Origin: Callorhinchus milii
Taxonomy: Eukaryota
Assembly (NCBI RefSeq): GCF_018977255.1
Contig: NW_024704743.1
Location: 91,018,001-91,082,000 of the forward strand
DNA length: 64,000 nt
Direction: 5' to 3'
Numbering within the stretch: the first letter of the stretch is position 1; each line of letters starts with the position of its first letter. The position numbers and the translations under genes are program-made. Below, piece by piece: positions 34,441 through 47,010 of the stretch. The notes beneath the pieces are model-generated. The model was given only the letters and a program-made list of their open reading frames with translations, was not told the DNA's origin and made no database searches.

Positions 34441-35413
34441 GAGCTCAAAATGCAAGGATTAAATTTGTCTTTCAGCACTCGCATGAATGTTGTTCAGTGT
34501 TCGAGAGTTTCTTACATTGTTATTCAAATTCTCACCCGATACTCACCAAAAGTAACATCATGTACAAAGCAAACACGTACAGGCTCATCAAACATCAGAC
34601 CTACTGCCACAAGAGCCTCTACAGTTACATAAAAGCCAAACCATAGGCAGTCTCCATTCCTTTGATTCCTATGCTCAAATGCCAAGGTCATATATAAACA
34701 TTATATAACACAGAGAGGCCTCGGTTGCTTCTAATATTTAAACCAAATCTCTGGAACTCCCTTCTTCAATCTCTTTGCCTTGCCCCTCTTTATCTTTAAA
34801 TCCCACCTTAAGACGTACCAGTCCGACCATGCCTATATGGTCACCATCCACCCACTCCTTCTCCCTTGCTCAGTGTCCAACTCTACCACTTTAGAGTGCT
34901 CGGACGTATTATACTGTGTGAAGGGCAGTATATAAATGCAAGTTGTTGTATTAAAGATTAAATCTAAACCTTCAGAAAACTAAAACGTAGAGTTAAAGAC
35001 AAATGGAAAGTCAAATGAGAATGACTGGTTTACTGACAGGTTGAATAATTGATCTGAGTTGCAGGCAGAGTGGAGAGGAAGAGATGTTTATTACACAGCA
35101 GTGTTCGGCTTGTTTGTTCATTTCACGTTACCTGTGCACAATCCATTTCTTTTATTAAAGAAAATCCTCAGTGGCTTGTCTGTTCTTGAGAAGTTGCCAA
35201 GCAACACTTATTAATTCTGAGGCGTTAATGTACCACAGAAAATGGTGAGCAAACTATGCCGACTTTAGTAAGGTGCTTGGCTTTATCACAACAACAAGTT
35301 ACATTTCTATAGCGCCTTTTACATCAGGAGGTCGTCCAAAATACAAAGTGTTGTGTAGATGGTACTTTGCAGCTGAGACAGTCACGTGGGTGGTTCAGTA
35401 AGTAACAGCCCAG

Positions 35414-35725
35414 TAATAATAATAATAATCCTTGCATTTGATATAGTGATTTCACATCTTCTAGATGTCTCAAAAGCGCTTCACAGAATATACTGTAAAG
35501 TGAATTGACCATATATTTTGTGGGCAAAACGCGGCAGCCAATTTTTGCACACAGCACTGACAGTCGTGGATTGAAGTGACCAATTTTATTATTGTTTTTT
35601 TCTTGAGGGATTATTATCAGGTGTGCGGAGTAAGGAAACTTGTCCAAGGTTTCACCCTCCTGGGAATCGAACCCAGTTATCTCACTTGTGAAGCAAGTGC
35701 TCTAACCACTGAGCTACAGGACTCC
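35414..35725 (-). mobile_element. Full-length tRNA-headed Deu SINE
   Basis: GGAGTCCTGTAGCTCAGTGG head through (ATT)n tail. Confidence 0.9.
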
Positions 35726-36996
35726 AAAAATCCACAGTAAGTGAGTCATCTCATTTCTTGATGCTGTAATATAAGGACTGAGAAAACAAAGAATGAGAAA
35801 TTAGCCTTCTAATGCATTCCTTCTAAAGACCACATCAAATGTACCCTGTTGTAAACTGTACCTATTTATTTAATCTTCTGTATATACTCCCAGATCCCCA
35901 CAGAAATTAGGTAGAATTTAGAAGTACTTTAGCATCCCAATATCTGATATTCAACCTTCAGTGAATGCCTTCAGCGCAATAATTAAATTAAAATCCTTGT
36001 ACTTGATATCTCAATGCACTTCACAGAATTTACTATGAAGTGTTGTGATTGATTTTGCAAGGAAACACAACAGCCATTCACACTAGCAAGGTCCCACAAC
36101 CATCACAATAATACATTTGATAAAGCAAGTTATCTTGTCATCAAAATCTTTTCATGTTCTTTACAGGATGTATTATAAAGTGATGTGTATTTCTAGCATA
36201 TATAAGGAAAAATAGAGGATATAGGAGAAAGTATAGGAGGCTACTACTGATAATAATTCTTACATTTGATAGCCCTCATGTCAGGAGTGACAAACCACTT
36301 CACAGGATACACTCTGAAGTGCAGTAATTGTAATAAGGGCCACTAGATCTTTAATGTCCACCCAAACAGACAGATGGGATCTTGGTTTAACATCTCATTT
36401 AAAGGATACATCTGCAACAACACAGCACTGCCCTGGAGGGTCAGCATAGACTACATAAATTCAAAGCACCCACATGGGTCTTGAACCCACAACCGTAGTG
36501 TGCATTCCATTTCAGACACAGGGAAATTTTCACATATAATAGCATGCGTATGTGGAAGTTTCAGTTTAGTTTGGATACTTTTAAGCACGGTGAAGAGTTT
36601 CTGCATTTACCACACATCCAGCTGACCAAGAAAACAGTTCACCTCATTTGTTCGCAAGATCTCAAGACTGTGGAGCTCCTTACCTTCCTCAGTCTTTGTC
36701 TCGCTGCTATAATCTAAAGATTCTTAAAACTCAAACTTGGCTTCACCTCACCCCTATTTAATTAATCTCAGCTTCACGTTCACTCTTTTCAGCTTTGGTG
36801 ATCTGGACAATGAACTCTGATCTCTCGGCTAGCCTTGTCGATTTTAAGCAAGATGCATTCTTCGCAGATTACATCAATGTGTTATTGTGTTTGTGAACAA
36901 TAAAGAGAAATTTGTTGAATTTTTTTTCATGAGGCAGTGTTCCTTTAATGATTCCTGAAACCCTTTTGTACTGTTAAAATAATCCCCTAGGCCTAA

Positions 36997-37190
36997 ATTT
37001 GTGGGCAAAACATGGCAGCCAATTGGGCACAGCAGTCATGGATTGGGTGACTGAATTATTATTGTTTTTTNCTTGGAAGGATTATTATCAGATGTGTGGA
37101 GTAAGGAAACTTGGTCAAAGTTTCGCCCTGCCGGGAATTGAACCCAGATCTCTCGCTTGCTAGGCGAGCGCTCTAACCACTGAGCTACAG
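36997..37190 (-). mobile_element. Deu SINE lacking the 3' tail
   Basis: tRNA head and part of the core. Contains an N at 37071. Confidence 0.85.
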
Positions 37191-38161
37191 AACGCCACTT
37201 TACAAAGTGAGCAGGAGCCCGAGCGGGGAGGGAGACAGCACTTAGTGACTGAAGGGACTTATGAATGTATGGCAAAAATGTATGGCAAAGGCACTTTTAA
37301 AGGTGCACCTTTAGAATTGTTGGTCAGCTCACATCCTGACATCAATGCAGCTTTATCAGTAATGTGTGAAGGGTGGACACCAGCAGCAGGTTGTGAAAAG
37401 AACACGGTTGAAGAGCCCAACTGAAGATAAAGAACCTGTGCAGCCCAACCCCACCCAGTCCCTCTCATCTGAACAGCAGGACCCAACACTGCATTAAAGG
37501 GCCAGTGTCATGCTGCTAAAGTGTATAGACCAAAGGTAACAAACACAATGAGATAAGAGACACAAGGACACAATAGCAACTTCGGTGGTGCTTGTGATTT
37601 CTTTAAATCTGAGTTAAGTTAAACCTATTGGAACCTCACTGAAACCAGGTTCGAATACAGCAGATACCACATCTGGCAGAGCATGAGCTCACTGAGGCAC
37701 AGTATTTGCTAATTTGGCTTTGTAACAGGACAATCCTACACTAAACTGCTCTCTGAGGTGTTGATGTCCCTTTAATATTAGTGAATCCTACGCAAGTCAT
37801 GGTGTGAGCAGACATCTGCTTGGGAATGATTTATGACTGATGTATTCATTACACTCTCTGTCCCCACCCTTTGGAACTCCATCCCACATTCCTTTTACCA
37901 CCCTCCCTCCCTTGCCTCCTTCAAGGAACGTCTCAAGACCCTCCTCTTTAACCCCGCTCCCGTGTTCCTTCGTTATTGGCCTAGGAATGTAAAATATATA
38001 TTATTCCCATGCAGGATCCTGGGTTAAGTGAAGGCTTAGATGACATGATATACGTTGCATTATTTACTGCACATAGGTGACTGAGGGTGGAATATGTATA
38101 ATATTACACTTATTATCTGAGGTGCCTCTGGCCTTGCATCGGAGCTGAAGGACAGTGTCAT

Positions 38162-38467
38162 GGAGTCCTGTAGCTCAGTGATTAGAGCACTCGTCTTGCA
38201 AGCGAGACACCTGGGTTCAATTCCCGGCAGGGCAAAACCTTGGGCAAGTTTCCTTACTCCACACGCCTAATAATAATCCTTCCAAAACAAAAACAATAAT
38301 AAATTGGTCATTTTCAATCTACGACTGTTTGTGGGACACTGCTGTGTGCAATTGGCTGCAGCATTTTGCCACAAATGTACAGTCAATTCACTTTACAGTC
38401 TATTCTGTGAAGCTCTTTGAGACGTCGAGAAGACGTGAAAAGCGCTATATCAAATGCAAGGATTATT
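38162..38467 (+). mobile_element. Full-length tRNA-headed Deu SINE with a 10-bp TSD
   Basis: AAGGACAGTG at 38148-38157 and 38468-38477. Confidence 0.93.
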
Positions 38468-38714
38468 AAGGACAGTGGTTTGGAAACCTCTTTGAATTCA
38501 GTAAAATCCCTGCCTGAGGAGCTGAGTTTGTGTTTTTCAGCAGCTGGTATATGTTGCCTTTTTGCCTTCAGCCATTATTTTCTAGCTTTGCTTAGCACTC
38601 TGCACTCTGAAACATCCATGATCTTAGCAATCAATAAACAGGTATGAGTCCACTTAAATGAGTACTGGCCTGGTCTTTCCGTCAGTTTTTCACTGTTTTC
38701 ACTATACTGATCGA

Positions 38715-39062
38715 TTTCAAGATGAACAATTTCAGGATCCTCACACTCATCTACAAATCGCTTTATGCCTTGCATCTCCTCACTTCTCGGACTCGCTCCA
38801 ACCTTTCTGACACCCCACTTCTCTGCCCCCTCTTTGCTTGGCTGGTACAGCCCTTCTCCGTGTCTTCCGACCCCTTCTTTCTACTATCGATGGCCGTGAC
38901 TTCAGCCACTATGCCCCAAACTCCCCAACTCAATCCTTCGGCTTTGTCTCCTCTTAACCTGTCTTCAAATTGTACCTGAAAGCTTTCCTCTTCGGCCATG
39001 TCTATGGTCACTGCGATGCTACCCCTCATGAGAGACAACTATATAAATACAAGTTGTTGTTG
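38715..39062 (+). mobile_element. Decayed L2 3' fragment
   Basis: FRILTLIYKSLYAL frame and ATGCTACCC..TATATAAATACAA(GTT)n tail. Confidence 0.75.
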
Positions 39063-39914
39063 TTTTGTATAACAGGAGGTACTAAATTCATTTCGGACAG
39101 GTTGCCCATCACAGCAGTCTAATAATTAACATTATTGACATGTTTATTGGATAAACTTAACCCTAATAATATGCTGAAAAAGAAGTTCACATTTAATTAC
39201 TTCAAACAGAGGCCAGTGAATACATGGACTAGACGTCGCAAGGAGGCGGTGGAGACAGATTGTGTCGGCAGACTGAAAAGGGAACTAGATACCTATTTGG
39301 TGAAGAATCAATTGAGGGATATGTAAGATGAGCGTGGGATTGTTATATTTTTCTTTCCAGTCCTGCACATTCCTCTCTTCCTATATTCTTTTTGTTTGTT
39401 AGAAACTGTTATATTGAGTTCTTTAGAGTTGTCAGGTGATTGAGCCATGGAGACACCTGACACCTACACTTTGTCCTCCAACTGATAGCAGCGAAAACAC
39501 AAGTGGCACCTGTGTAGTTCCCAGAAATTCTCAGCACAGCCATTATTACAGATCACAATGTTGTAACCTGCCAGATAATGAGATGAGTTCCCTGCTCTTC
39601 TCTCCTGAAGATACTGACTCATTGCTGAGGTGCACTTCCAGGGCAGGTAAGCCAGGTGCCTGGCTCACATTCTTGTTTAAAATAAGAAACTAATATTAAT
39701 ATTAAAAAGCATCATGTTACAAGCTTAGAAACAAATTATTTGGGATAGTGCAAACAGAATTAGACTCTAGACTTTTGTTTCTTACTTACTGAGGGATAGT
39801 TATTTCCGAATGAGCATTTTTAAATTCAAACAGTGGAGTTTGTCAGGGAACAGATTAAATGCTACAGTCTCCACCCTTGAAGAACTATGTGTTCTAACTA
39901 AACTAAAATAAACA

Positions 39915-40090
39915 ATAAAAATATTGGTCACTTCAATCCACGACTGTTTGTGGGACTGTGCACAATTGGCTGCCGCGTTTCGCCCACAAATATACAGTCA
40001 ATTCACTTTACAGGTTATTCTGTGAAGCGCTTTGAGATGTCGAGAAAACATGAAAAGCGCTATATCAAATGCAAGGATTATTATTATTAT
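39915..40090 (+). mobile_element. Deu SINE 3' half
   Basis: Deu core, tail and (ATT)n. Confidence 0.85.
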
Positions 40091-40225
40091 ATTTTGTTCC
40101 ACTCCTGGTGAGACATACGCCTTCTTCTGGATTAGTCCAATTATATAAACAATTACCCAATTTGGATTCTCGCCCCAGCCAGACAACAGGAGCACCAATG
40201 AAATTACCACAATCCCGCTCCCACA

Positions 40226-40238
40226 CCACCAGGTGGCG
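40226..40238 (+). promoter_or_regulatory. CTCF-like motif CCACCAGGTGGCG
   Basis: Close match to the CTCF core consensus. Motif only. Confidence 0.45.
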
Positions 40239-40317
40239 ATGTAGTCATGTGTGATGTGTGATCATCTCAATATGATCTCGTGCATCAGAGCAGCTTTTGT
40301 AACCAAGTCTGGTTAAA

Positions 40318-40346
40318 ACTACACTTGATCTTAGCCAAATGCGAGA
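40318..40346 (-). pseudogene. U2 snRNA 5' fragment (about nt 7-37)
   Basis: Minus strand TCTCGCA-TTTGGCTAAGATCAAGTGTAGT. The last 22 nt are identical to recalled vertebrate U2 nt 16-37. Confidence 0.8.
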
Positions 40347-40504
40347 CTGACCTGGCTTAGCTCGCTATTCTTCATTGTGAGGCTAGGCAGTAAGTACCCG
40401 CATGCTTCACAATCAGGAATTGAGATAGCGTCTTATCACATCGTCAAACAACAATAACAAAATTACATTTGTATAGCGTAATAAATTAATTAAAAAATAA
40501 TAAT

Positions 40505-40664
40505 AATTTGGTCATTCAATCCATGACTGTTTGTGGGACACTGCTGTGCTGTGTTTCGCACACAAAATACACAGTCAATTCACTTTACAGTATTCTCTGT
40601 GAAGCGCTTTGAGACGTCTCGAAGACGCGATAAAGCGCTATATTAAATACGAGGATTATTATTA
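40505..40664 (+). mobile_element. Deu SINE 3' half
   Basis: Deu core, tail and (ATT)n. Confidence 0.82.
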
Positions 40665-41005
40665 TCAATAAAAATACGAATGTAAAAGGGATTGCAAAAT
40701 GTATTCGTTATCAGTGACATTTCCTCGAAATGTTTACGTACCTCCTGGAGACCTTACATAAATGTGAGGACAGGGCGGGTGGACTAATCATTCACTACAG
40801 ATAGCCACACCTCCCACCTGTCTGTGCACCACTGCCCACCCTGATAAGAAATGAAGCATGGACAGTACGACCGACCGACTGGACTTCATGAGCGATGTTA
40901 ACCCTTTCACTGTCCATTCTTGATCATGCAACAGTTGTCAGTACAGCAGTGGAGCTTGCTTTGCTCTTCTTACAGGTAGAGCGACCGTTTGATGAGTCAC
41001 AGCGT

Positions 41006-41170
41006 ATAATAATAATAATCCTTGCATTTGATATAGGGCCTTATCACATTGTTGAGACGTCTCAAAGCACTTCACAGAATATGTTCTAAAGTGGATTCAC
41101 TGTGTGAGAAAACCTTGGCAGCCAATTATGCGCAGCAGTGACCCACAAACAGTCATAGATTGAGTGACCA
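41006..41170 (-). mobile_element. Deu SINE 3' half
   Basis: Reverse complement of tail and core. Confidence 0.82.
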
Positions 41171-42650
41171 AATGTTAGTTACTCCAGTATATACTGAAAG
41201 GTGATGAAAGTGCACTTTCACAATACTACACTGAGGGTGTATTTGTCTAGCTGTGTTGCTCAGCAAAGGGTTTAGGAGGAGTTGCTGATACTAGTTATCC
41301 ATCCAACAAGTGCTCAAATCTGAGCTTGTCACATTCCTGATGATCAGCTTGTGACACAATGGTGGGAGATACATAAATGGGCTCTTTCCCACACTCTCTG
41401 GCTCTATACCGCCAGACGTGCCAAAGGATTGGCTCAACTTGGACTGAGCAGGTGGGTTAAATTTTTTAACTAGTGTGGTGAGTTGTCCTGGAAGACAGAG
41501 CATTACATAGAAGGTAACAACACAGAAATGCGTCATCTATACCAACTAGTCTGTGCTAGTATTGACACTTTACACCAGCCTCCACCCCTGTTAATCCCCT
41601 CTCCTACACCCCTCTATTTTCTTCTACCTCATGTATGCGTCAAGCTTCCTCCTACACATTTTGATGCTTTTTGCTTCAACCACAGTTTCTGTCAGTTAGT
41701 ACCACATTCTCATTACCCTCTACATAAAGAAGTTAAAACACTTCATCCAATGACAGTGAAGGCAAAAATGAAAATAGCAGTTTTAAGCAATGTCTGGATT
41801 ATCCAAACCTGGAGACATCAAACCTAAATGTAGGGTTTGTGCAATTGAAGGGGGTAATTTTATAAAATTGGGTGAAACTCAAACCTTCAGTTATTTTGAT
41901 AATGTTATAGCTGGTGATGATCCAATGTTATGTATAGGTCAAGCGTAACATGGATTGACTACTGGAATTAACAGAAAAAATCCCACTCCCCCAATTTCCC
42001 TTCCACTAACCCTCCTCTCCCTCCTACCTACACACACACACACACTCACGCACATATCCTGCCCTAAATCAAAGAGGTCTAAATGGTGACATCCACAAAG
42101 CAGATTTGCTGCATTAATTGTGTTGCATGAATTTTTTGAGAATCTAATTGTGAAATTCAGAGCAAAATTTGTAACCCAATTTTGCAAACCAGAAGTCACA
42201 TTTAACGTATTAAATCAGTTTTTACAACTATCACCAATTAAATCCAAATAAGCTATTGTCACTGGGGAAATAGATTCTCAATTAGGTTAGAGGCCTTCAG
42301 TTTTAGAGGTGAAAGTTTCTCCTGTTTTGTGTATCAAATTCTCGGATTATTTATTATAAGTCTTGCCAAATTCATTTGTTTCCACTGGGTGAGTGTGAGC
42401 ATTTCCAGTTATCAGCTCTGCCTTAGTTGATAGTTTCTGGGTCAGAAGTCTCAAGAGGAGATGAATTTGAACGTTTTGTGAACACTAAGCAGAATCAGTT
42501 ACGTCAAACACTAGCTCTCATGAATGTAATATATATTGCATCTGATGCAAACACCCTAAATCAAATAAGAACAGCTTCTGTGCCTTTTCAAATTACCCTC
42601 GCTCCTCACACACACAAACACACAAAGGGTTATTCTGTGCGAATCAAATA

Positions 42651-42765
42651 CAGGGTGACCAAAAAGTCGTGAAACCATGACAATGTCTAATAAGTCTTAA
42701 AGAAATGATGATATTTTTGTTTTTTTTAGATACTAGGGTAGCTTCACGACTTTTTGATCACCCTG
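42651..42765. mobile_element. 115-bp Tc1/mariner-superfamily MITE
   Basis: 23-bp TIRs CAGGGTGA(C/T)CAAAAAGTCGTGAA with one mismatch. TA dinucleotide on both sides (42649-50 and 42766-67). Confidence 0.88.
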
Positions 42766-43029
42766 TATAAGGCTCTTGTGAATTAATTTTGCATCATTCA
42801 TGGCCACTAGGCACTGCCTCAATGTGAATCTCATGCGAAAATTACACTTTTATTTTAAAAAATGACCAGGATCTTTTTTATTTCAGAAAATGATGTTTAA
42901 AAATCTATTATAAAAATCAACAGTAGCAACTGCTTAAAAATAGAAAATATTAAAAAAAGACTCAGGTTGCAGAATTTTAATGATATATCTGACACAAAGC
43001 TACCATATTACCAACAAATCTTACAACGA

Positions 43030-43632
43030 CTCCACATATTTTTCTCTACCGGCTGCCAAAATAGTCATCCCCGCATTAATCACATCTAGGCTTGACTATG
43101 CCAACACCCCGCTTGTCGGCCTTCGCAACTCTTCCCTCCACAAGCTGCAGATCATCCAGAACTCTGCAGCTCGTGTCCTCTCCCTCACCAAGCTCTGTGA
43201 TCCCATCACCCCCACCCTCACCCAGCTCCACTGGCTCCCCATCCCTCAGAGGATAGAGTTCCAAATCCTCGTCCTCGCCTTCAAAGTCCTCCACGGCCTT
43301 GCCCCTCCCTACTTTTGTGACCTGCTGACCCCATATCAACCTGTCTGCTCCCTCGCTCAGCAGGTTCTGGCTTGCTCTGCGTCTCCCACCCAGCCCGCTC
43401 CATCATTGCCAGGTGGGCCTTCAGCTTTTCTGCCCCCACCCTTTGGCACTCTATCCCACATTCTCTTAGCCTCGCTTCCTTCCTTTCCTCTTCAACCGAA
43501 CCTTCAGCCACCCTCCTACTCTCTCACCGTCCCCGATCCCGACCCACAGCTCGACGCCAAATCCCTGACTGTCCAGCGCCTTGGGATGTCCTGCTGATGT
43601 GAAAGACACTATACAAATGTAATTTTGTATTG
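43030..43632 (+). mobile_element. L2 LINE 3' fragment
   Basis: [37 protein letters not shown] and an L2 tail. Confidence 0.92.
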
Positions 43633-43995
43633 TATCCAAAAGTATTGTTCTGAGTTTATTTTCTCAATTCTGTTTAAAATCTTTTATAGCTCTATAAGCT
43701 TTCCTCTTTACAAAAAGTGTTTTCCCCGGCCTCGTAATTCGGTCATATTAAATTGAGGTTTAAAATTTCTAAAATCAAATCATCCAGAAGGTCTTAAGAC
43801 ATGTAAAATGAAAAGAAAATCATCCAAGCACACTTCTCAGAAGAAACAAGCTTGTGTTTTTATAGCGTCTCAAAACATCGAAAAGTATCAAAGCACTTCA
43901 CAGGTAATTGTGTGAATATTTGAGGTCTATCCAATAAGATTTTAGAATAGTATAGACCATGTCCAACATTCTCATGTTATAATTATAAACCACAA

Positions 43996-44445
43996 ACAAC
44001 AACAAATTACATTTGTAAAGCGCCTCTCACATCAGGAGGCGTCCCCAGGAGCTGGATAGTCTTGAGACGGGTCTTGACCAAGGCAAGGGAAGCGACGAGG
44101 TGAAGGGACTGTGGGATGGAGTTCCAGTGGGTGGGGGCAGAGTGGCAGAAGATCTTCTCATCAATGGTGGGGCGGGCGAGGCGGGGGACATGAAGCAGGC
44201 CGGAGCTCGCCGAGTGGAGGGAGCGGGCAGGTTGGTAGGGAGTTAGGAGGTTGCAGAGCTAGGGGGGAGTAAAGCCATGGAGGGCTTTGAAAGTGAGGAC
44301 CAGGATCTTCAACTGTAACCTCTGAGTGATGGAGAGCCAGTGGAGCTGGTCGAGGAGGGGGTGATAGCCTGAGGTCACGGAGCCTGGTGTGTTGGAGTTC
44401 TACATGATCTGCAGCCTGTGGAGGGAGGAGTTCGGGAGACTAAGA
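43996..44445 (-). mobile_element. L2 LINE 3' fragment
   Basis: (GTT)n tail and LHWLSI.QRLQLKILVLTFKALHG frame. Confidence 0.85.
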
Positions 44446-44799
44446 AGCAATAACAAAGAAAAGGAAAGCAGAGCAAGCAACAGTGCGGAAGGAACAATCA
44501 CCGTCAAAACAATGATGCGCAATGAGAATGAAAGTGAATGGATCCATTGTGGAGTCCCCATTGACAATTATCAACGTATGAATAGAATATAGTCAGGAAG
44601 TGAATTGCATCAGCCAACACATTGTGTCCTCTGAAATCCTCCTCTTATTTTACACTGACCCTTTGATCCCGGCGGATTTATTTGTTTTTCATTCAGGGGG
44701 AAGCAAAAAAGGAATGTGGTTGTGTTTATTTCTTTCGGTTGGGAGTCTATGGTATCCCAGACAGAGCCTTTCTTCCGTTCCAGCAACTGAGAGCTCCAG

Positions 44800-44972
44800 G
44801 ATGTGGTCGCTCAATCTCCGACTGTTTGTGGGACATTGCCGTGCTCGATTGCCTGCCGTTTTTCGCCCGGAAAACACAAGTCAATCCACTTTACAGTATA
44901 TTCTGTGAAGCGCTTTGAGACGTCTCAATGACGCGATAAGGCGCTGTATCAAATGCAAGAATTATTATTAAT
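44800..44972 (+). mobile_element. Deu SINE 3' half
   Basis: CTGTTTGTGGGAC core and tail. Confidence 0.8.
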
Positions 44973-46078
44973 TCTGGCACCAGAGCTTGCTGCCAGGTCT
45001 GGAGTGAGCAATCTCTCAATGGAGTTGGGGGTGGGGGGCGTGGGGGGGGAGTTGAAACGAGGGAGGCAGTTTGCTCGGAGAATCAGGTATGGTTTAGCAG
45101 AAGTCAAGGTTTATAGCACTATTTTGTCAGTGGTCACTGTGCAGCCACTTCTCACTGCTTGGATGCTGCCAATATTCCCAACATTGATCCATAAGGTCAC
45201 AGCCAGGATGAGGAATCCATTCCAAGGTTCAGAGGTTCAGCATGCCTTGAGGACTTTTTCCCATTAATTTGGGGTGGAGAGTCCTCTACTGGCGGCACCT
45301 GCCCTCCGGGATGCTACCCCGAGTGAAGGGCGCTGTATAAATACAAGCAGTTGTTATTGATATCCTCCATTCATTCCTCTGCTCCTCAGCAGACACTTAG
45401 AGCAATTGTTACTTGTTACTAAATTCTGTGCAAATCCTGCCAATGTTGCAGCACTCTGCACACGGTTTTAAGATTTTACACTGATTCAGAGCATGATTAT
45501 ATACCCCACCCCCGGGATCAGTAAGCCTTCAGAGGTAGAGACAAATCGCAGCTTCCATCAGTGGTAAGTGCATTTAATTGCTGTTTTCAACAAGCTTTTG
45601 AAAATTATTATCGAACACATTCACAGTCTGATGGAAAATTGCAGGTTCTGTTTTAAATGGGTGGGACGTCCACACCTCTTGAAACCCCCAGGTTTCCACA
45701 GTTTCTGATCAGACATAATTTTTTTACAGGGAAAAAAATTCCCCCCAAACTCTGAAGAATAGAAGGAAACTACTTAGAAATTCACAGAAAAGGCATTATT
45801 ACTGTAAAGAGTGTTGAGTCATCATCCTTTGTGAAAGGTGCTACATAAGTGCAAATTCTTATTGTTGCTCCAAGCCTTGCAAGAAGTAACCGCATGAGTT
45901 TGTATTCTACGCAGTCAAGTGTATCCGAAGAAATGGCACAGAGACAATGATACTCACACTGTAGAGACCCAAGCTGTTTCCTCCCCCTCTGTACATCTTG
46001 GGAATGAAAGACATACAGCTATTGTTGAAACCACTCGCTTCTGATCTCAACCTTGAAACAAACCTATCATCTCCTATA

Positions 46079-46149
46079 ATTATTATTATTTAGGTATGCT
46101 TAGCGTACAATGTATTATTGTACACTAAGCATACCTAAATAATAATAAT
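46079..46149. repeat. Near-perfect hairpin: 33-bp stem with one mismatch, 5-nt loop
   Basis: ATTATTATTATTTAGGTATGCTTAGCGTACAAT-gtatt-ATTGTACACTAAGCATACCTAAATAATAATAAT. Confidence 0.92.
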
Positions 46150-47010
46150 AAATTCTGCTCTGTAATTTGACATGCCACATGTTATATCAATTTATTCAAT
46201 AAAGAAAGCCACCGGTCCACAATTTGCCCACAAAATAGTCACTACACTTTACAGTAAATCCTGTGAAGCATTTTGAGAGTCCTCTCAATGAGAAAGACGC
46301 TATATCCACTGCAAGGAGCATTATTAATATTTTATACTTTATTGAGACCTTTGGGAACAAATTGATTTTGTGTGATATTTATATATCCGTGAGATTTTTG
46401 GGGTTAGCTTGACATTGGCACCTTGCCCTCGTCGTGTTCAAGGTCAATAAATATTTCAACAAGTGAAGTCTATTATATGCTCACTGCCCAGGTTGATTAA
46501 TCACAACCTTGGAGGTGAGAGGTGTGGATTGAGGGAGAGGAAACTGACTGCGTGGTGTGGATTGAAGAAAAGCAAAATTTATAGAGTTGAAGGAGGCCAG
46601 TCAGCTCATCGAGTCTGCACTGGCATTCAGCGTGAGCTATACTTTCAATCCCACTGCTCTGTCGATCCCTATACTCCTTCAAGCCTCTGAAAAGGGTAAA
46701 ATAGAGAAAGTGGTATCAGTGAGATGGTTAGAGTTTAAGGAAAAGTTAAACAAACAATTAGGTATAAACGTAGATGTTGCAGCTGCTGCTCTTCTGAACA
46801 GACCCGAGAGCAAAAGATGGTTAAAGAAAGAAGAAACTATTGAGAAGAAAAGACAAGGAAGAAAAAAGCTCCTGCAACTGTGTATTCTGTTCTCTGTATC
46901 AGTAATTCCACCTTTCTGTATCATTCATATTGCTATCTAAAGTTTGTAAAAGTTATTTTTTACCTGTCTGTCTGAACCTGAGTAGCTCAGAGTTCTAAAA
47001 CACAAATCAT

